Of a stretch of DNA of 64,000 bases, positions 43,827-56,451 are shown in pieces (within the stretch, counting starts at the first letter, position 1; each line of letters opens with the position of its first letter). Origin of the DNA: Lama guanicoe (Eukaryota). The stretch spans positions 1,099,146 through 1,163,145 of the forward strand of contig MU054400.1 of NCBI GenBank assembly GCA_013239625.1, given 5' to 3'. Under the pieces are notes generated by a model. The model searched no databases. It saw nothing but the letters and a program-made list of their open reading frames with translations, and was not told the DNA's origin. The translations under genes were made by a program, and so were the position numbers.

Positions 43827-44815
43827 GACCAGGCCTTGCCTAGGCCCTGCCACGGAACCACCCCTGCAGCAGTCTGAGGAGCCCACCTGCGGGGGGGAAG
43901 GAGAAGGGGCACACTTCCAGGTTTTCTTTTGGGGGTGGAAGGTCAGGTGTGGAGGCTGTGCTTGCCAAGTCTCTGTGGGCCTAGGCCCTGAGCTGGGGAG
44001 AAGGTGGGGAAGATTTGGGCATGTAAGTGCCCCTCAGAACCATCCTGGCTCCTTCCGTATTAAATGTATTTGTATTTTGAGAAGTGTCCTTCCCACCTCT
44101 GCCTTTCAGAGGGACTTCTCTGGTCCTTCTGGGGAATGGCCTCAGCTGACACCTGGCCCGGCTGCCAAAAAAGGAGTCGGGGAGAAGGGGTGGGAGGGCC
44201 AGATGCAGTGCTGCTTTGGGTCTAGATGTTTCCCTCCCCTGCATGGGGGGACTGAACTCTAACCCAAGTTGAGTGCAATTGAAAGGTTCTTCCAGGGTTT
44301 TTTTTTTCTCCTTTTAACAGCATCACTTAGTGTTACACTGGCTCTGCAATGTCTCTGAGGTACAAAGAATGTCCCTTTTCCCTTGGGGGCCTGAGTTTGC
44401 CTTTTCTGCCAGGTAGTTACCATACTTTCCTGCCCCAGTCTGTTTCTTTTGGCCTGGGTTGGACTGTCCTCTGCTACCCAGGATTTTAGAGCCCCCTGCT
44501 CTAGGAAACAGTTGTCAGTTTAAGAAATCATTGGCCCCTTCCCGGCACATCAGGTTGGAGAGAAACAGGACATGGTTTAGTCACTGAGCACTAACTCCAC
44601 CTCAGTTCTCCTGGAGAACAGCCTTTCCCTCCAGCCCCCTGCTCTAGGATGACACAATGAATAACACCTAGTCATAGAAATCAGTCTCTGTTTTGTATTA
44701 TGTTGTACATCATTAAAGATCTAAATACAAAGGATATACAGTCTTGATGAATCTAAAATAATTTGCTATTTTGATTCTTCAGAGAGAACTACTAATAAAA
44801 ATCTAAAAGGTATGT
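43827..44815 (+). other. UBAP1: UBAP1 3'UTR (end approximate)
   Basis: Follows the stop codon; ends near the ATTAAA/AATAAA cluster. Confidence 0.75.
44794..44799 (+). terminator. UBAP1: UBAP1 poly(A) signal AATAAA (alternative ATTAAA at 44712-44717)
   Basis: Canonical hexamer with upstream TGTA motifs (44694, 44704) and downstream GT-rich ggctgtttgtttt. Confidence 0.8.
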
Positions 44816-45273
44816 CCTACTGTGATAATTTTTTCATTGCCAAAGGCTGTTTGTTTTACAGAAGGGTAGAGGTGGGTGGGTGCTGAAGGGATTTCCTGCT
44901 TAGATTTGCTGAGGATAGAACAGGACCTAACCATTTTCTGTCATTTCAGAACTTTCTTCCAACTCTAGGCCTGTGGGACCCAGCAGTTGGCCCTCCAGTG
45001 TGCCCTGATTTTTGGTTCACAGAGGTAGGCCTAGACAAGGGTCTTTTTAAACCTGTCCCGGCTTGGTCTCTGGGCCAAGATATTTATGTATTCTGTACCA
45101 GAGGCAGGACTGGATTCACTGTTTTCTCTAGTGCTCAGTGCTGTTGTATCTGATAGAACTAGACTCATCCTTAAAGTTTCATGTCCTTATCCTTAATGCT
45201 ATCCCACAGCCCCTCTGATCATGTGAGGCGGGGGTGCAGAGTCTTTGGGCTGGGAAGCACCAAGCTGGAAAGA

Positions 45274-45292
45274 AACTGCCCTCTGGTGGTCA
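45274..45292 (-). promoter_or_regulatory. CTCF-like motif TGACCACCAGAGGGCAGTT
   Basis: Close match to the CTCF core CCASYAGRKGGCRS; binding is not shown. Confidence 0.55.
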
Positions 45293-45935
45293 GATCAGGC
45301 ATGGCCATTATCTCAGGAAGCAGTCCCTCTTCGGGCCTTTAAAGTGACTTAAACCCTTCTTTCAAAACCTGTAAGTTACCCTGTAGGAAATTAAATTTTC
45401 CCATCAAAATGGGCATCAGGGCAAGGCTTTGACATATGAACCTCAGTTTGATCCAGGGTAGCCTTAGTAAATGATGGGCCACCTGGAGGCCACTTGGTAT
45501 ATGTCCACTTGGTATTTGTCTTAAGCTTCTGCTGAAAAGACACAGCAAGCAGTATACCCGTGTATGTGTGTAACAATTCTGCTTCAGAGTCTCAGACTAC
45601 TGACCAGCGCACTCAATGCCAAGCTATTGAACACAGGCCATTAAAAGGGGAGTAGATGGCCAAGGTGATCCTGGATGAAGGTGAGACTAGGAGAGGGACT
45701 TGCCTGAGATCCTTCAGCTATTCCGTGAGGCGGTGTGGTGGGTGAGGACTCAGGAGCCCGGGACTTGACAGCTTGTAACAGGCAGATGGCCTCAGCAAAG
45801 GCAGCGATGGGACAAGAATAATGCAGTGACGTGGGCACCCTCTTCTGTCTAAATACTGGATTGCAGGAAGTGGGGGGAACAAAGCATAAAAGCATATCCC
45901 ACCTCTGCTGCTGTTAAAGACACATCAAGTCAAAG

Positions 45936-45941
45936 TTTATT
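45936..45941 (-). terminator. KIF24: Candidate KIF24 proximal poly(A) signal AATAAA
   Basis: TTTATT on the + strand, about 510 nt after the KIF24 stop. Confidence 0.6.
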
Positions 45942-46449
45942 CATTCTCAATTTTCAAAAGCTAACCTAAAGCCCCAAGTCAATTTCTAAGGGCTGATGGG
46001 GCAGGGCTCACCCTGTCCCCGCTCACTAGTACCAATGTTCTATTTTTTGGTCGAGTCCTGAAGAAAGGCACAGAATTCAGCTGATAAAGCCTCTGGGCTC
46101 AGCAAGTTATCTTCCCCAGCTTGTGACCTCCAGCCTGTAGGTTACCACTGACCACCCCCATCCTCTGATCCCCAAATTCAGAAACAACTGCAGGATTATT
46201 AGACCCAAGTATGTTTCCACACACAAGGGGTCAGTAGGACAAAGTCTCCTCCAGCCCCAAAGAAAAGGGAAGGGCATACCAAGTTTTTCAGGCTGATCAG
46301 TCCTTGCTTACAGATGCTCTTGGGCTTGGAACTGAGGCTTGGCCCTGAGAGGCAAGCATGGGCAGGACCAGGGAGTATCTGCAGGAGGGCCTGGCAGAGG
46401 CCCCTCTAGCCCGAGAGTCCAGCCACCCCATCCTGGCCTTCATGGTGCT

Positions 46450-46590
46450 CTAAGACACTGCTGTCCTCGCTGGGGCCACAGCCGGCCTGTGGCAGGCCAG
46501 GTATAGCTGTAGCTGGCTCCTCAGACTCTGGATGCACTTGGATTTCAGAGCCATGATTTCATCCAGCTGGGTCACAAAATCTTCAAAATC
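46450..46590 (-). CDS. KIF24: KIF24 last coding exon (DFEDFVTQLDEIMALKSKCIQSLRSQLQLYLACHRPAVAPARTAVS*)
   Basis: ttctcag|GAT, TAG at 46452-46450; kinesin-13-type C-terminal helical tail. Confidence 0.95.
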   Translation of the reverse strand, partial: DFEDFVTQLDEIMALKSKCIQSLRSQLQLYLACHRPAVAPARTAVS

Positions 46591-47134
46591 CTGAGAAAGG
46601 AAACAAAGGACAAATGGAGCTTTTGCTGTTGCTGGCTCTCTGGCAGATCTGCTTTTCTAGTCTCTTCTTGCAGGAAGATTTCAGAGCCCAGGCCCTCTCT
46701 CCAGCTGGAAAACCTGCAGGATAGTCACTGTGGCACAGAGTGGGACCCACTTCTCTGCATTTGAGAGACTTTCTATGTGGAGAGGTATTTTTGCAGGGCA
46801 GAAGGGTGATTTAAGTACTTCTGGTCTGTATGAGGCAGGTCACTGTTACTGTCACAGGGAGGAGCCCCAGCAAGCCCTTTGGGAGGCAGAATGGTAAGGG
46901 ACAGAGGCTGGAAACATTTTAGCCTGGAAATGGGGAGTGTAGCACCATCTCCCACCTGTCCCTGCACCCTCTCAAGCCAACTCAGAGGACTGGCAGGAGG
47001 AGGCCCAAGGCCTCAACAAGGTTAGTGTGACAGCAGATCCTTACTGCACATACAACTCTAGCAAACAAGAATGACATCAGAATCGCTGCAGGTTAATTCC
47101 CAATCACCGTGAGGGGCCAGCCAAGATCACTTAC

Positions 47135-47228
47135 ATTAGGAGCCAGTTGGCTCATCAGGGTCTCCTCCTTGAATCCCAGCTCAGCCATTTCATCTAGCTG
47201 TTCCTGGTGTGCTCGGATGACCACCTGC
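47135..47228 (-). CDS. KIF24: KIF24 penultimate exon (QVVIRAHQEQLDEMAELGFKEETLMSQLAPN)
   Basis: ttccag|G CAG...AAT|gtaagt, 94 nt; phase fits. Confidence 0.95.
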
Positions 47229-48456
47229 CTGGAAACCAGAGGGGATGCTGTGATCCTCTGGGCTTCCCATCTCTCCCGGGCAGCTTTCTGGAGCTGAGCC
47301 TCATTTCCAAGCCAGGAGCTGCTTCTGCCTGACAAGGTCAATGAGGCTTTGACCAAGACCAGCTCATCACCACCTCCTGACCCCTCACCTTTTCTTCTCA
47401 GGCCTTGTCAAAGGACTATGAGTACCAGTGAGATACTGGGAAAGAGACAGGGGCTTCTGGAGCTGCTCCCTCCCTGCCCAGGTCCACTGAGGAACAGGGC
47501 TGGATGCTGCTACTCTGCAGGAGCTGCCCACAGCTTTCCTGCACAAAAGCTCAAGGCTGTGCCACTGCAGCGGGCACATTTACACAAGGTAGAGTCTGTG
47601 GCCTAGTCTGCTGTCATTTCTATTTCCTATGTTGGGGGATGGGGGCAGTTCAGGGACCAAAGCAGGAGGGTTTGAGCTGGAAGCCAGAGGATCTGCCTCT
47701 TGTCAAACCCTACTAATGGGTAGAGACCAGAGATAGCAAGATTGTCCACCTGGGAGAGGTAGGCTCCTCACCTGTACATCCCTGCATGCCCTCGTCTTTG
47801 TCCATGGCCCAGGTGTCAGGAGCCCTAGCAGAGGGCTGCAGCCTCAGAGGAAGTACCTTGTTCCCACAGGCCGGCCCCATCCTCCCACTCCTGGACCTCT
47901 GACACTGAGGAGGAGCCCCGCTAGCCCTCTCTCCTTTTCTTTCACATTCTTGAAGGCTCCTCATTCTGCTGCACTACCCACAACCTCCTGTGGGGAAAGC
48001 AGCACAAACCACCAGCCTGTTTTTCACCTCCTCCATCTTGGGAGGCCCCCAGCTTGCCTTGGCTCTGAAGGCACAAGGCTGCAGCTGCTGTGTCCCTGGG
48101 CAGCACTTCCAGGAACACAGACTCAACAGAATGAAGAGGATTCTGATCTCCCTAGAGGTCTTAGCCCTGCTTATGGGGTCAGATCCTCCCTTCTCTCACT
48201 CCCATCTCAGCTCTCCCAGCCTGAGGGTCCACCCACCCTGGCAGGGTGGCTCCAATACATTTTATTCCTGCTGTTCATGTCAGATGCATCTAGACAGGCT
48301 CCCTTGAAAAGTGGACAAAAAACCTTTCTCTAGTCACAGTACAGCTTCGACAGTGAGCCAACCACAGCCGTCCCCAGAACAGACAAAACGTTAAGCTTGG
48401 GTGGTGGGGTAGGGGTGCCAAAGGGGCTCAAGCCTTAGTAGAAAAGTCCGACTTAC

Positions 48457-50667
48457 TGTGCGTGCCCCAGGGCGGGCTGACGGAGGGTCCTGGAAGAGCA
48501 GCTGGATGCCAGGGGAGAGTATGGCCTTGCTAAGTACCTTGGCAGTGGCCTGCGTCTAAGCCATGTGATATCCTCGTAGCAGTGCAGCTTGATGGTGTCG
48601 GTGGACAAACCCAGCTCCTGCCAACTGAGCCTTGCTGGATGCTTTCTCTCCTGGGCCCAGGGCTGGTCAGCCACATCACTGCTTCCTGTTTGTGGAGTGA
48701 ATGTAGGCCCAGGGTGGGGTCCCCCCAATTGTATGGTGGGGAAGGGTTTTCCTGGGAAACCCCGGGAGCCGCCTAGCTCTGTCTCATCCACGGCATCATA
48801 TGGCTCGGGGGAGGAAAGTGCAGCCTCTCTGCTCTGGCAGGCCTCCCCCGGGTCAGCCTCCTCGCTGGACAGCTTGTCAGGTGCGTGCTGGCGGATGGGT
48901 GATGGGGATAGAGCTGGAAGGTCACGCCCAGGCTTATTGTCAGGAGGAGATGACGAGAGCCACAGGTGCCCAGCTGTGGAAGACACTGGCAGGACTGCCT
49001 CTTGATCACCAGATGACACTGTGTGGCCCACAGCTGGCCCCCCTGTGTCGCTGCGTGCCACCAGACTGTGCGCAGCCCCATCTTGGGCCGGCTGCTCCAA
49101 GGGAGGAGAGCCCTCATCGTCTGGGCTCTCCAGAAGGGACACAGTGAGGGGAGCCATCAGTCCAGAAGCATATTCAGAGCATTCGCCCAATTCCCCTCGA
49201 GAGTTTTCTCCTTGGAAAGGGTTGCTGTTTTTCAGAGCTCTGCTTGCCTGCGTTGGGCTGTCTTCACTGCCTTCTCTTAGAGGTGTGCTGACTGTGTCTC
49301 TCTGGTCTGGAGAGCCCAGAACTGCAATGTGGGTCAGTGAGAAAGCGAAACCATCTTCCTCCAGGGATGGCGAGCTGCCCTTACCCTGCCCAGGAACCTC
49401 ACTTCTGAAGGCATCCTGTCTGAGGTCAGAGGTGGGGCTGCCCCCTCTTTTCTGGCTAGATGCAGAGCCTGCCTGTGAGCAGTAAGGCTTCTCCGCCAGG
49501 TCTTCCCTGGGAGAAGGCCCTGGGGAGGTGGAGCCCTCCGTGCTGCCCCCGTCCAAGGGCACCATACTTGGGCTGCAGTTGTGGTCAAGCACTATCCTCC
49601 CATGGCTTGTGGAGTCCCTGGAGTACCTCCAACTTCCAGGTGGAACCTTCTCATCACCGTCTGTCCTGGGGCTAAGAAACAGACTCTGCTGCCCTTCAGT
49701 CACCTGCTCCTCAGGACCTTGCTCCCTCTGATGAAGGAAGAACGAGCCTTCGTTCTTCTCTAGGGTGTCTCTCTGCTTTGTGGTCCTCGGATGGGGGACA
49801 TGTGAAAAAGAATCTTCACTGAAATCGCTGTCATCAAAGTCCTCAGCTTGGGCTCCATCATGGCTCTCAGAACACGAATGGAAGGGACGAGGGGTGTCAC
49901 TCTGGAGCTGCCCCTCTTGGGGCCGGTACTGGTATAAATGCCTCTCCAGTGGCTGGTACTTTAACTTCTGTTGGAGGAGAGGTGGCTGCTGGAACTGCTG
50001 GTGATAAAAGCGCAAATGTTCCTCCCTCTCCTTCTGATGTGGTGGAATGCTTGTCCAAGCTTCAGACGCAGTCCTGGTAGGAGTGCCCCCCTTGCCGCCC
50101 TGACTGTACTCTGCTAAGTGGTGGACGTTGCCAAAGGAGAGCTGAACTCGTGACACAAGCTGCTTCTGCACTGGCTGCACAGTCTGCACTTTCTTGCACT
50201 TGGAGGGCAGCTTACCGCGTGCTGGTTCTTCTGGGCCAGAGGCCCTGCCTCCCCACCCAGCAGTTTTGGTGCCGATTTGATTTTTCCCAGAGCATAATGA
50301 AGCTGACTCTTCTTTTTTGGGGGCTAAATATCCAGACCGCGTGGTTCCCTTGATAGAGCTAGTCTGAATGACCCACTCTTGGGGAGGACTCCCTCCAGAG
50401 TCACCCCTTTCACCAGGAACCTTAGGTACAGGAGCAAAAGGGATATTGGCTGGGTGACTGGCCAGAGGATGGGCCTTCCCTTTCATGGAGCCAGGTGCCC
50501 CTGTGAGTGACTGCTGAAGCCCCAGCCTGACTTTTTTGGGAGAGCACTTGTCCCCTGGCAGGGCCACAGGAGAGCTCTGAACTCGTTTTGGAGAAGAGTT
50601 TCCAGATGTTCCATTTCGACTGCTAGCTGAAGTGCAACATTTAATGCCTTTCTTTAGTTCTTTGACC
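48457..50667 (-). CDS. KIF24: KIF24 large exon, disordered Ser/Pro-rich C-terminal region
   Basis: ttccag|G GTC AAA GAA...GCA CA|gtaagt, 2211 nt open frame (ORF 48453..50681). Contains HQKEREEHLRFYHQQFQQPPLLQQKLKYQPL as in KIF24. Confidence 0.95.
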
Positions 50668-51219
50668 CTGGAAATGACCATTTTATGTTAAGTATGTTTT
50701 CTTGCATGTTCTGCAATTCCTTTCCTATAGCTTTCAGGGAAAACAAAACCAAAGAAAAATATTACAAGGTCCGGGAGTTACCTTTTTTATCTGGGGGAGA
50801 AAAATAAGAGGAAATGGGGAGACTATTTCAGCACGAGATACTTCTCTTCAACTGAATAAAAAAGACCAGTGTCTTCTCTGGGGATATAAGCGTGCACCCA
50901 ACATTCCATGATCAGAAGAGTTTTGGAAATACCCCAGTCCCATGTGACAGGCAGGCCAGAGGAGCCAGTCTCAGAACTGCACTACATCCACGCAGGGCCC
51001 ACGCCGCGCTTCCTGAAGATTGGCCAACTCAGGAGCCTAGTGACCACCCCTCACCCACTACTCCACAGAGCCTTCTTTTCCTGCAAACCACCTCCTTTCA
51101 GGTTTTTCTGAGAAAACGAGTTCCCTCAAACCTGCTAGGCACTTAAAGGAGCAAAAGCCCTCTGGAAATAAGCAGGCTTTGTGCTAATTCCATTAAGGAA
51201 AGAACAACCTGTCTACTCC

Positions 51220-51461
51220 CAGGGTTTCCAACCTTAGCACTAGTGGTGTTTGGAGCCAAATAATTCTTTGTTGTGGGGGCAGTCCTGTGCACTGTGTGAT
51301 GTTCCTTGCAGCCAAGAACGCCAAGCAGCATCCTTAGCTTCTATCCACTACATGCCAGCAGCATTTCTCCCCAGTCACAACAATAAAAATTATCTCTAGA
51401 CATTGCCAAATTCCCCTGGGTGGCAAAATCTTCCCCTATATAAAAAAAATAGAGAGCCATG
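51220..51461. mobile_element. MER20 (hAT-Charlie MITE)
   Basis: ataattctttgttgtggggg..gtcctgtgcactgt and agacattgccaaat motifs. Confidence 0.8.
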
Positions 51462-52849
51462 CTCTATTCCGTAAGGGGAATTTTAGAGAACATGGAAATC
51501 CAGAATTAACTCTCTGCTAGGATTCAGTTGCCAAGATCAGAGCCTCTTACTCTGTGATCCTAAAACAAAATAAAAACTGTATAAGAATTTAGATTTACAA
51601 GGAGACATCAAGTAAAACGTGACTTTCCAGTGGTTGGTTTGTAGATTCTGCATTAAAATCCCCTAGGAGGGGAGCATTACTTCTTCCTGGGGGCTCCTAA
51701 AAAATGTCTTTCTCATTGTTTTGGTTTTAATCCAATCCTCAATGGTAGACAAATGACCCTTCTGGCTGTGACCAAGATAGTAAACCTGACACTGATACTT
51801 GACTTAAATCTTTCTTTTAGGTCTGAGAAGCAAGGCAGGCAGACAACCCAGCTAAGCAAAGAGACACAGGATGTAACTAAAGACACATGGATTGTGTCCA
51901 TGGGCCTTTGTTTAGGTGTTGCATAGGGCGTACATACAAGGAATGGGCTTAGAGGCGCCACAGCAAGTCCAGATGGTTCCAAGTTACTTCCTGTTATAAA
52001 AATCTGAGCTGTTTTAGTTTCATTAAAAGAGAAACACCAAAATTTCCTCCTAAGAGTCACAGTGAATAATTTTAGAAACCTGAGAGAAAAAAAATCTTAC
52101 TGGTAGCTTGGTCACTGATGCTAAATGCTTCTAGTATACTCTGCCTTTTACCACAATCACTCCCGTTACTCAGCTCTCTTCTGATCCACCTGTTAGGAGT
52201 CCAGCTGGAACTTTATTTTTGGACTATTTAGCAACATTCTAGTATGTGGAGAGATGAAAATTTTAAATCACAGAGGAAGTTTTAAAATAAGCAATAAACT
52301 CATCCTCATTCTATGTGTGTGGATTGTTAACGACAATTAAGCACATAAAACAAATGACTAATACTTATTTTCAATAATTTATCAGACTGCTTTGAATGGA
52401 AGAAATTATTTCTACTACACTTTTTCTGTTTTTCTTAAATCAAAATTATTTCAAATTTCTCACTCGTACTCAATACATCCCCTCTGAAAAAGGATTACCT
52501 TCATCTCCCTCTGCTGAGGCACTGAGAGGAATGTCTCCTCTGCTCCTAATGATGTAGTTCTTACTTCAAGCAATTGATTCAATGTCTGTGATTTGGGGGA
52601 GCATTTGCAGTTATGAAACAAGATCAATTTAGGGTTAATGATTGTTGAAGCTGGGTAATGGATACATAGAGGGAAAGAACTTCAAGCCATACTGGTTTTG
52701 GGGAGAACAATTCTGAATCATCCCAAGTTTTCTATCTGATAGTTTGTGAAGTAGCCTCTTCACTGCCTTCTAGCAGTGCTAGCGTGTTGGCATGAGGAAA
52801 CCACGAATAAAGGAAACCTCCTTGAGGAAACTTGTTCAGGGATCTATTA

Positions 52850-53125
52850 CAGGCAAACCTCATTTTACTGCACTGTGATTTACTGCACCTTGTGGATACT
52901 GCTTTTTTTTTTTTTTTAACAAATTAAAAAGTTTATGGCAACCTTGCACTGAGCAAATCTATCAGTGCCATTTTTCCAACGACACACTTAAGAGACTACA
53001 GTATAGTGTAAATAACTTTTATATGCACTGGAAAACCAAAAAATTTGTGTGACTCACTGAACTGCGATCTTCACTTTACTGCAGTGGTCTGGAACGGAAC
53101 GCACAGTATCTCCGCGGTATGCCTG
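52850..53125 (+). mobile_element. Non-autonomous Tigger1 derivative
   Basis: TA-CAGGCAAACCTC ... GGTATGCCTG-TA termini. Confidence 0.88.
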
Positions 53126-53134
53126 TACCACCGC

Positions 53135-53380
53135 TGTTGTTACAGTTAGCATATAATGAGGGCTTACTATGTGCTGGGTGTGGTGCTAAGCCCTTCCTAC
53201 CTGTCACCTCACTGATTCCACATAACTGTTACATGAGGTCGGTGCTATTATTACCCCTTTCAGATTAAGGCAACTGGGGCCCGGAGAAATTGAAAACTTG
53301 CCTGAGGCCACTCAGCTAGCTAGTGGCAGAGGCAGCATATTGGCCCAGAAAGTCTAACTCCAGAGTCCACTCTTGTAGCC
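53135..53380 (-). mobile_element. MIR remnant
   Basis: cttactatgtgctgg, ctattattaccccttt.cagat and acttgcctgaggccac motifs. Confidence 0.7.
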
Positions 53381-54288
53381 ACTTTGTAAGTGGTATTTCC
53401 TATTTAAATGAGGTAAGGTACACAGAGGGTCTCAGTCAAGCCCTGACACACAGGAGGAGCTTCTCCTTTCATTCACAAATATTTATTATGCATCTACAAG
53501 GTACCAAGTACCGTCTGGGCTGTAGAGATACAGTGGAGAGTAAGATAAGATTCCTGTTCTCACAAAAATTAAACGATAGTTTATCTTTCCTTCCCAATGA
53601 ATTTCATAAAATGCCATGGATACTAAAGAGCAATTAAAAGAAAACCCAGGTTCTCCTCAAATAGTTTGTTAACTTTGGAGGTAGCTTCTGGGAGACCAAC
53701 CAGGAGGGGTAAGACAGGCCAGGCAGCAAAGCAGCTAGAGCAAAGGCTGGTAATGAGAGCATCTTCACGCGTACAGGAGACACGTGATCCGAGTGTAAGC
53801 GATGGGAGGGACCCTGACAGATACCAAAGCCACCCCAGAAAGAGCCCTGACCTGGCAGTAAGAGGTGCTAGCTCTGCCACCAACTGCCAATGAGCCCTTT
53901 TAAAGCTCCCTCGCCTTTTCTGGGCCTCAGTTTCCCCTTCTGTAACACTTGTGGACCTACATAGCTCTGAGTACTTCTGCTGTGACATGTGACATGTATT
54001 TTGTCCCTAACAATTAGGGCTGAGGCTAGCAGGGAGAAAACCTCACTGAGCCTTCCACCCTGGGGAAATACTTTGTTTCCTACTAGTCATTTAAAAGCCA
54101 CTGAAGGAGCTACCTCCTGAACAAGGGAATGTGTCACCTTCCTCTTGTCACATTCACACTTGTAAGATGGCAGGGCCTACCTACCAGGTCACATTCTTCA
54201 AATAACCAACTGCTCGTTCCCCTGGTAGTAGGATTACTGCCCCAAGAGGCCTGTGGAGGTCAAGGTCAGATCCTTGTGTGTGCATGAG

Positions 54289-54317
54289 ACACACACACGC
54301 GCGCACGCACACACACG
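54289..54317. repeat. Alternating purine-pyrimidine (CA/CG) tract
   Basis: acacacacacgcgcgcacgcacacacacg, 29 nt. Confidence 0.9.
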
Positions 54318-54337
54318 ACCTCTCTGAGAGGGACTCA

Positions 54338-54469
<132 letters not shown>

Positions 54470-55838
54470 TCAATGAAGTCAACTAACAAAGGACATACTG
54501 GTGACTTTGTGCAAGACAAAAACCCAACCAACCCAACAAAATGATGCTCACTTCAGCACTGCTCAAAGAGATACAAACCTCTTTAAAAAAAAAACTAATA
54601 TTTTTTTCACCCATGAGATTAAGAAAGACTTATACTACCCTGCCCTGGTGAGGGGCAAGGAAAAGGGCGCTCCTGTACACCGCTGCACTGCCCACGCACC
54701 ATGTACTGTGAATTGATACACGCCTTTGGGAGGGCAGTTTGGCCATATGCGTCAAATGTAAAAAATGTTCACACTCTTGGTTTGGTATTCACTCCTCCAG
54801 GACTTTATCCTAAAGAGCTTTTTGCTCTATTGATAAAAAGAAAAAAGTACACACAGAATATTCATTACAATGTTATTAAAATTGAAATTTGGAAAATCTA
54901 GGAGTCTGTAAACAGGGAACAAACTAAGTAACTGTAAGTTGAATACGACCATAAATAATTATGTACATAGGTGCTTGGAAAGATCTAAAACTTGTTTGGA
55001 AAAGGTAAATGATTCTATAAGTGGATCTACATGTGGAATTATTGTTTTTCTAATTAACTAGGAACACAATTTCTGGGGATGGGGAATGTATTTTAAAAAA
55101 TAATAAAGCCAATGTCAGAATCAGGACTAACCACCTATAAGAAGGGTTTCCTAGGTTCCTGGTTAAAACCATGTTTAAGAAGTCATCTCACCCACGGACC
55201 GCCAGTCCTGACTAGTGAGGAGACACGTCATTACAGGTTCTGCCCCGGGTCCTGTGGAGCCACTGTTCCAGCTGCACAGAGAGCCTCTCCCAGGACACAC
55301 AGATCCTCACCTACACTGCCTTCTCCCAGCCTGTCCTCTACTGTGCACAGGACTTGGTGCACAGGGGGGCCAGGGGCACCCATAACTGTCTTCACAGCCG
55401 TTTGCACCTGGGCAGACCCCTCCATGGGCTGCTCTTCTGCAGCCATTACAGATGCTTATTTTTTTTTTCAGATGTTTACTTATTGGTGTTTCCCAATAAT
55501 AAACACATTTTCAAGTAAGAAAAATGGAAGAAAAAATTACATATGGTTCTACCACTCAGAATAATCAGCTAACACATGCATAATTTTTTCTGTGCAGTTT
55601 TTTTTTCTCATTTCATATTTTTAAACTAGAGATCTTGGTCATCCTTCTTATTAGTACCTGTCAAAAATCTACCTCATTCTTTTTAATTGCAGCCATTAGT
55701 TTTTATCTTGAAATACTGGTCTAAGTCTTACAACTAAGAAAGTACCAAGTACAGCTACAGCTACATACCATCCGCTTCGAAGACTTAAGAGACTCCACTA
55801 AATCAACAAGATTTCTTTACATTAGAAATAAGTGGGTT

Positions 55839-56085
55839 GGAGGAGTGGGTACAGCTCAGTGGTAGAGTGCGTGCATGGCATGCACAGGGTCCTGGGTTCA
55901 TTCCCCAGTACCTCTGTAAAAATAATAATAATAATAAACCTAATTACCTCCCCACCAAAAATTTTAAAAAGAAACAAAAGAAGGAAAGAAAAACAGGAAG
56001 GAAGGAAGAAAAGAAAAGAGCAAAGGAAAGAAAGAAAGAAAAGAGAAGAGAAAAGAGAAGAAGGAAAGAAGGACAGAAGGAAGCG
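55839..56085 (+). mobile_element. Vic-1-like SINE with expanded (GAAA)-type tail
   Basis: TACAGCTCAGTGGTAGAG...CCTAATTACCTCCC followed by a purine-rich repeat. Confidence 0.85.
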
Positions 56086-56175
56086 GAAAGCTCCTGGTCG
56101 GTGACCACTGCTGTCCCCGCGGGAGCCCAGCTGCAGGTACTCTGTACGTATCTCGGCCTGCGAATGCCCCTCTCA

Positions 56176-56451
<276 letters not shown>

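Noticed and set aside
48582..50353. Many plus-strand ORFs up to 154 aa
   Set aside because: Antisense shadows of the GC-rich KIF24 exon; no independent support.
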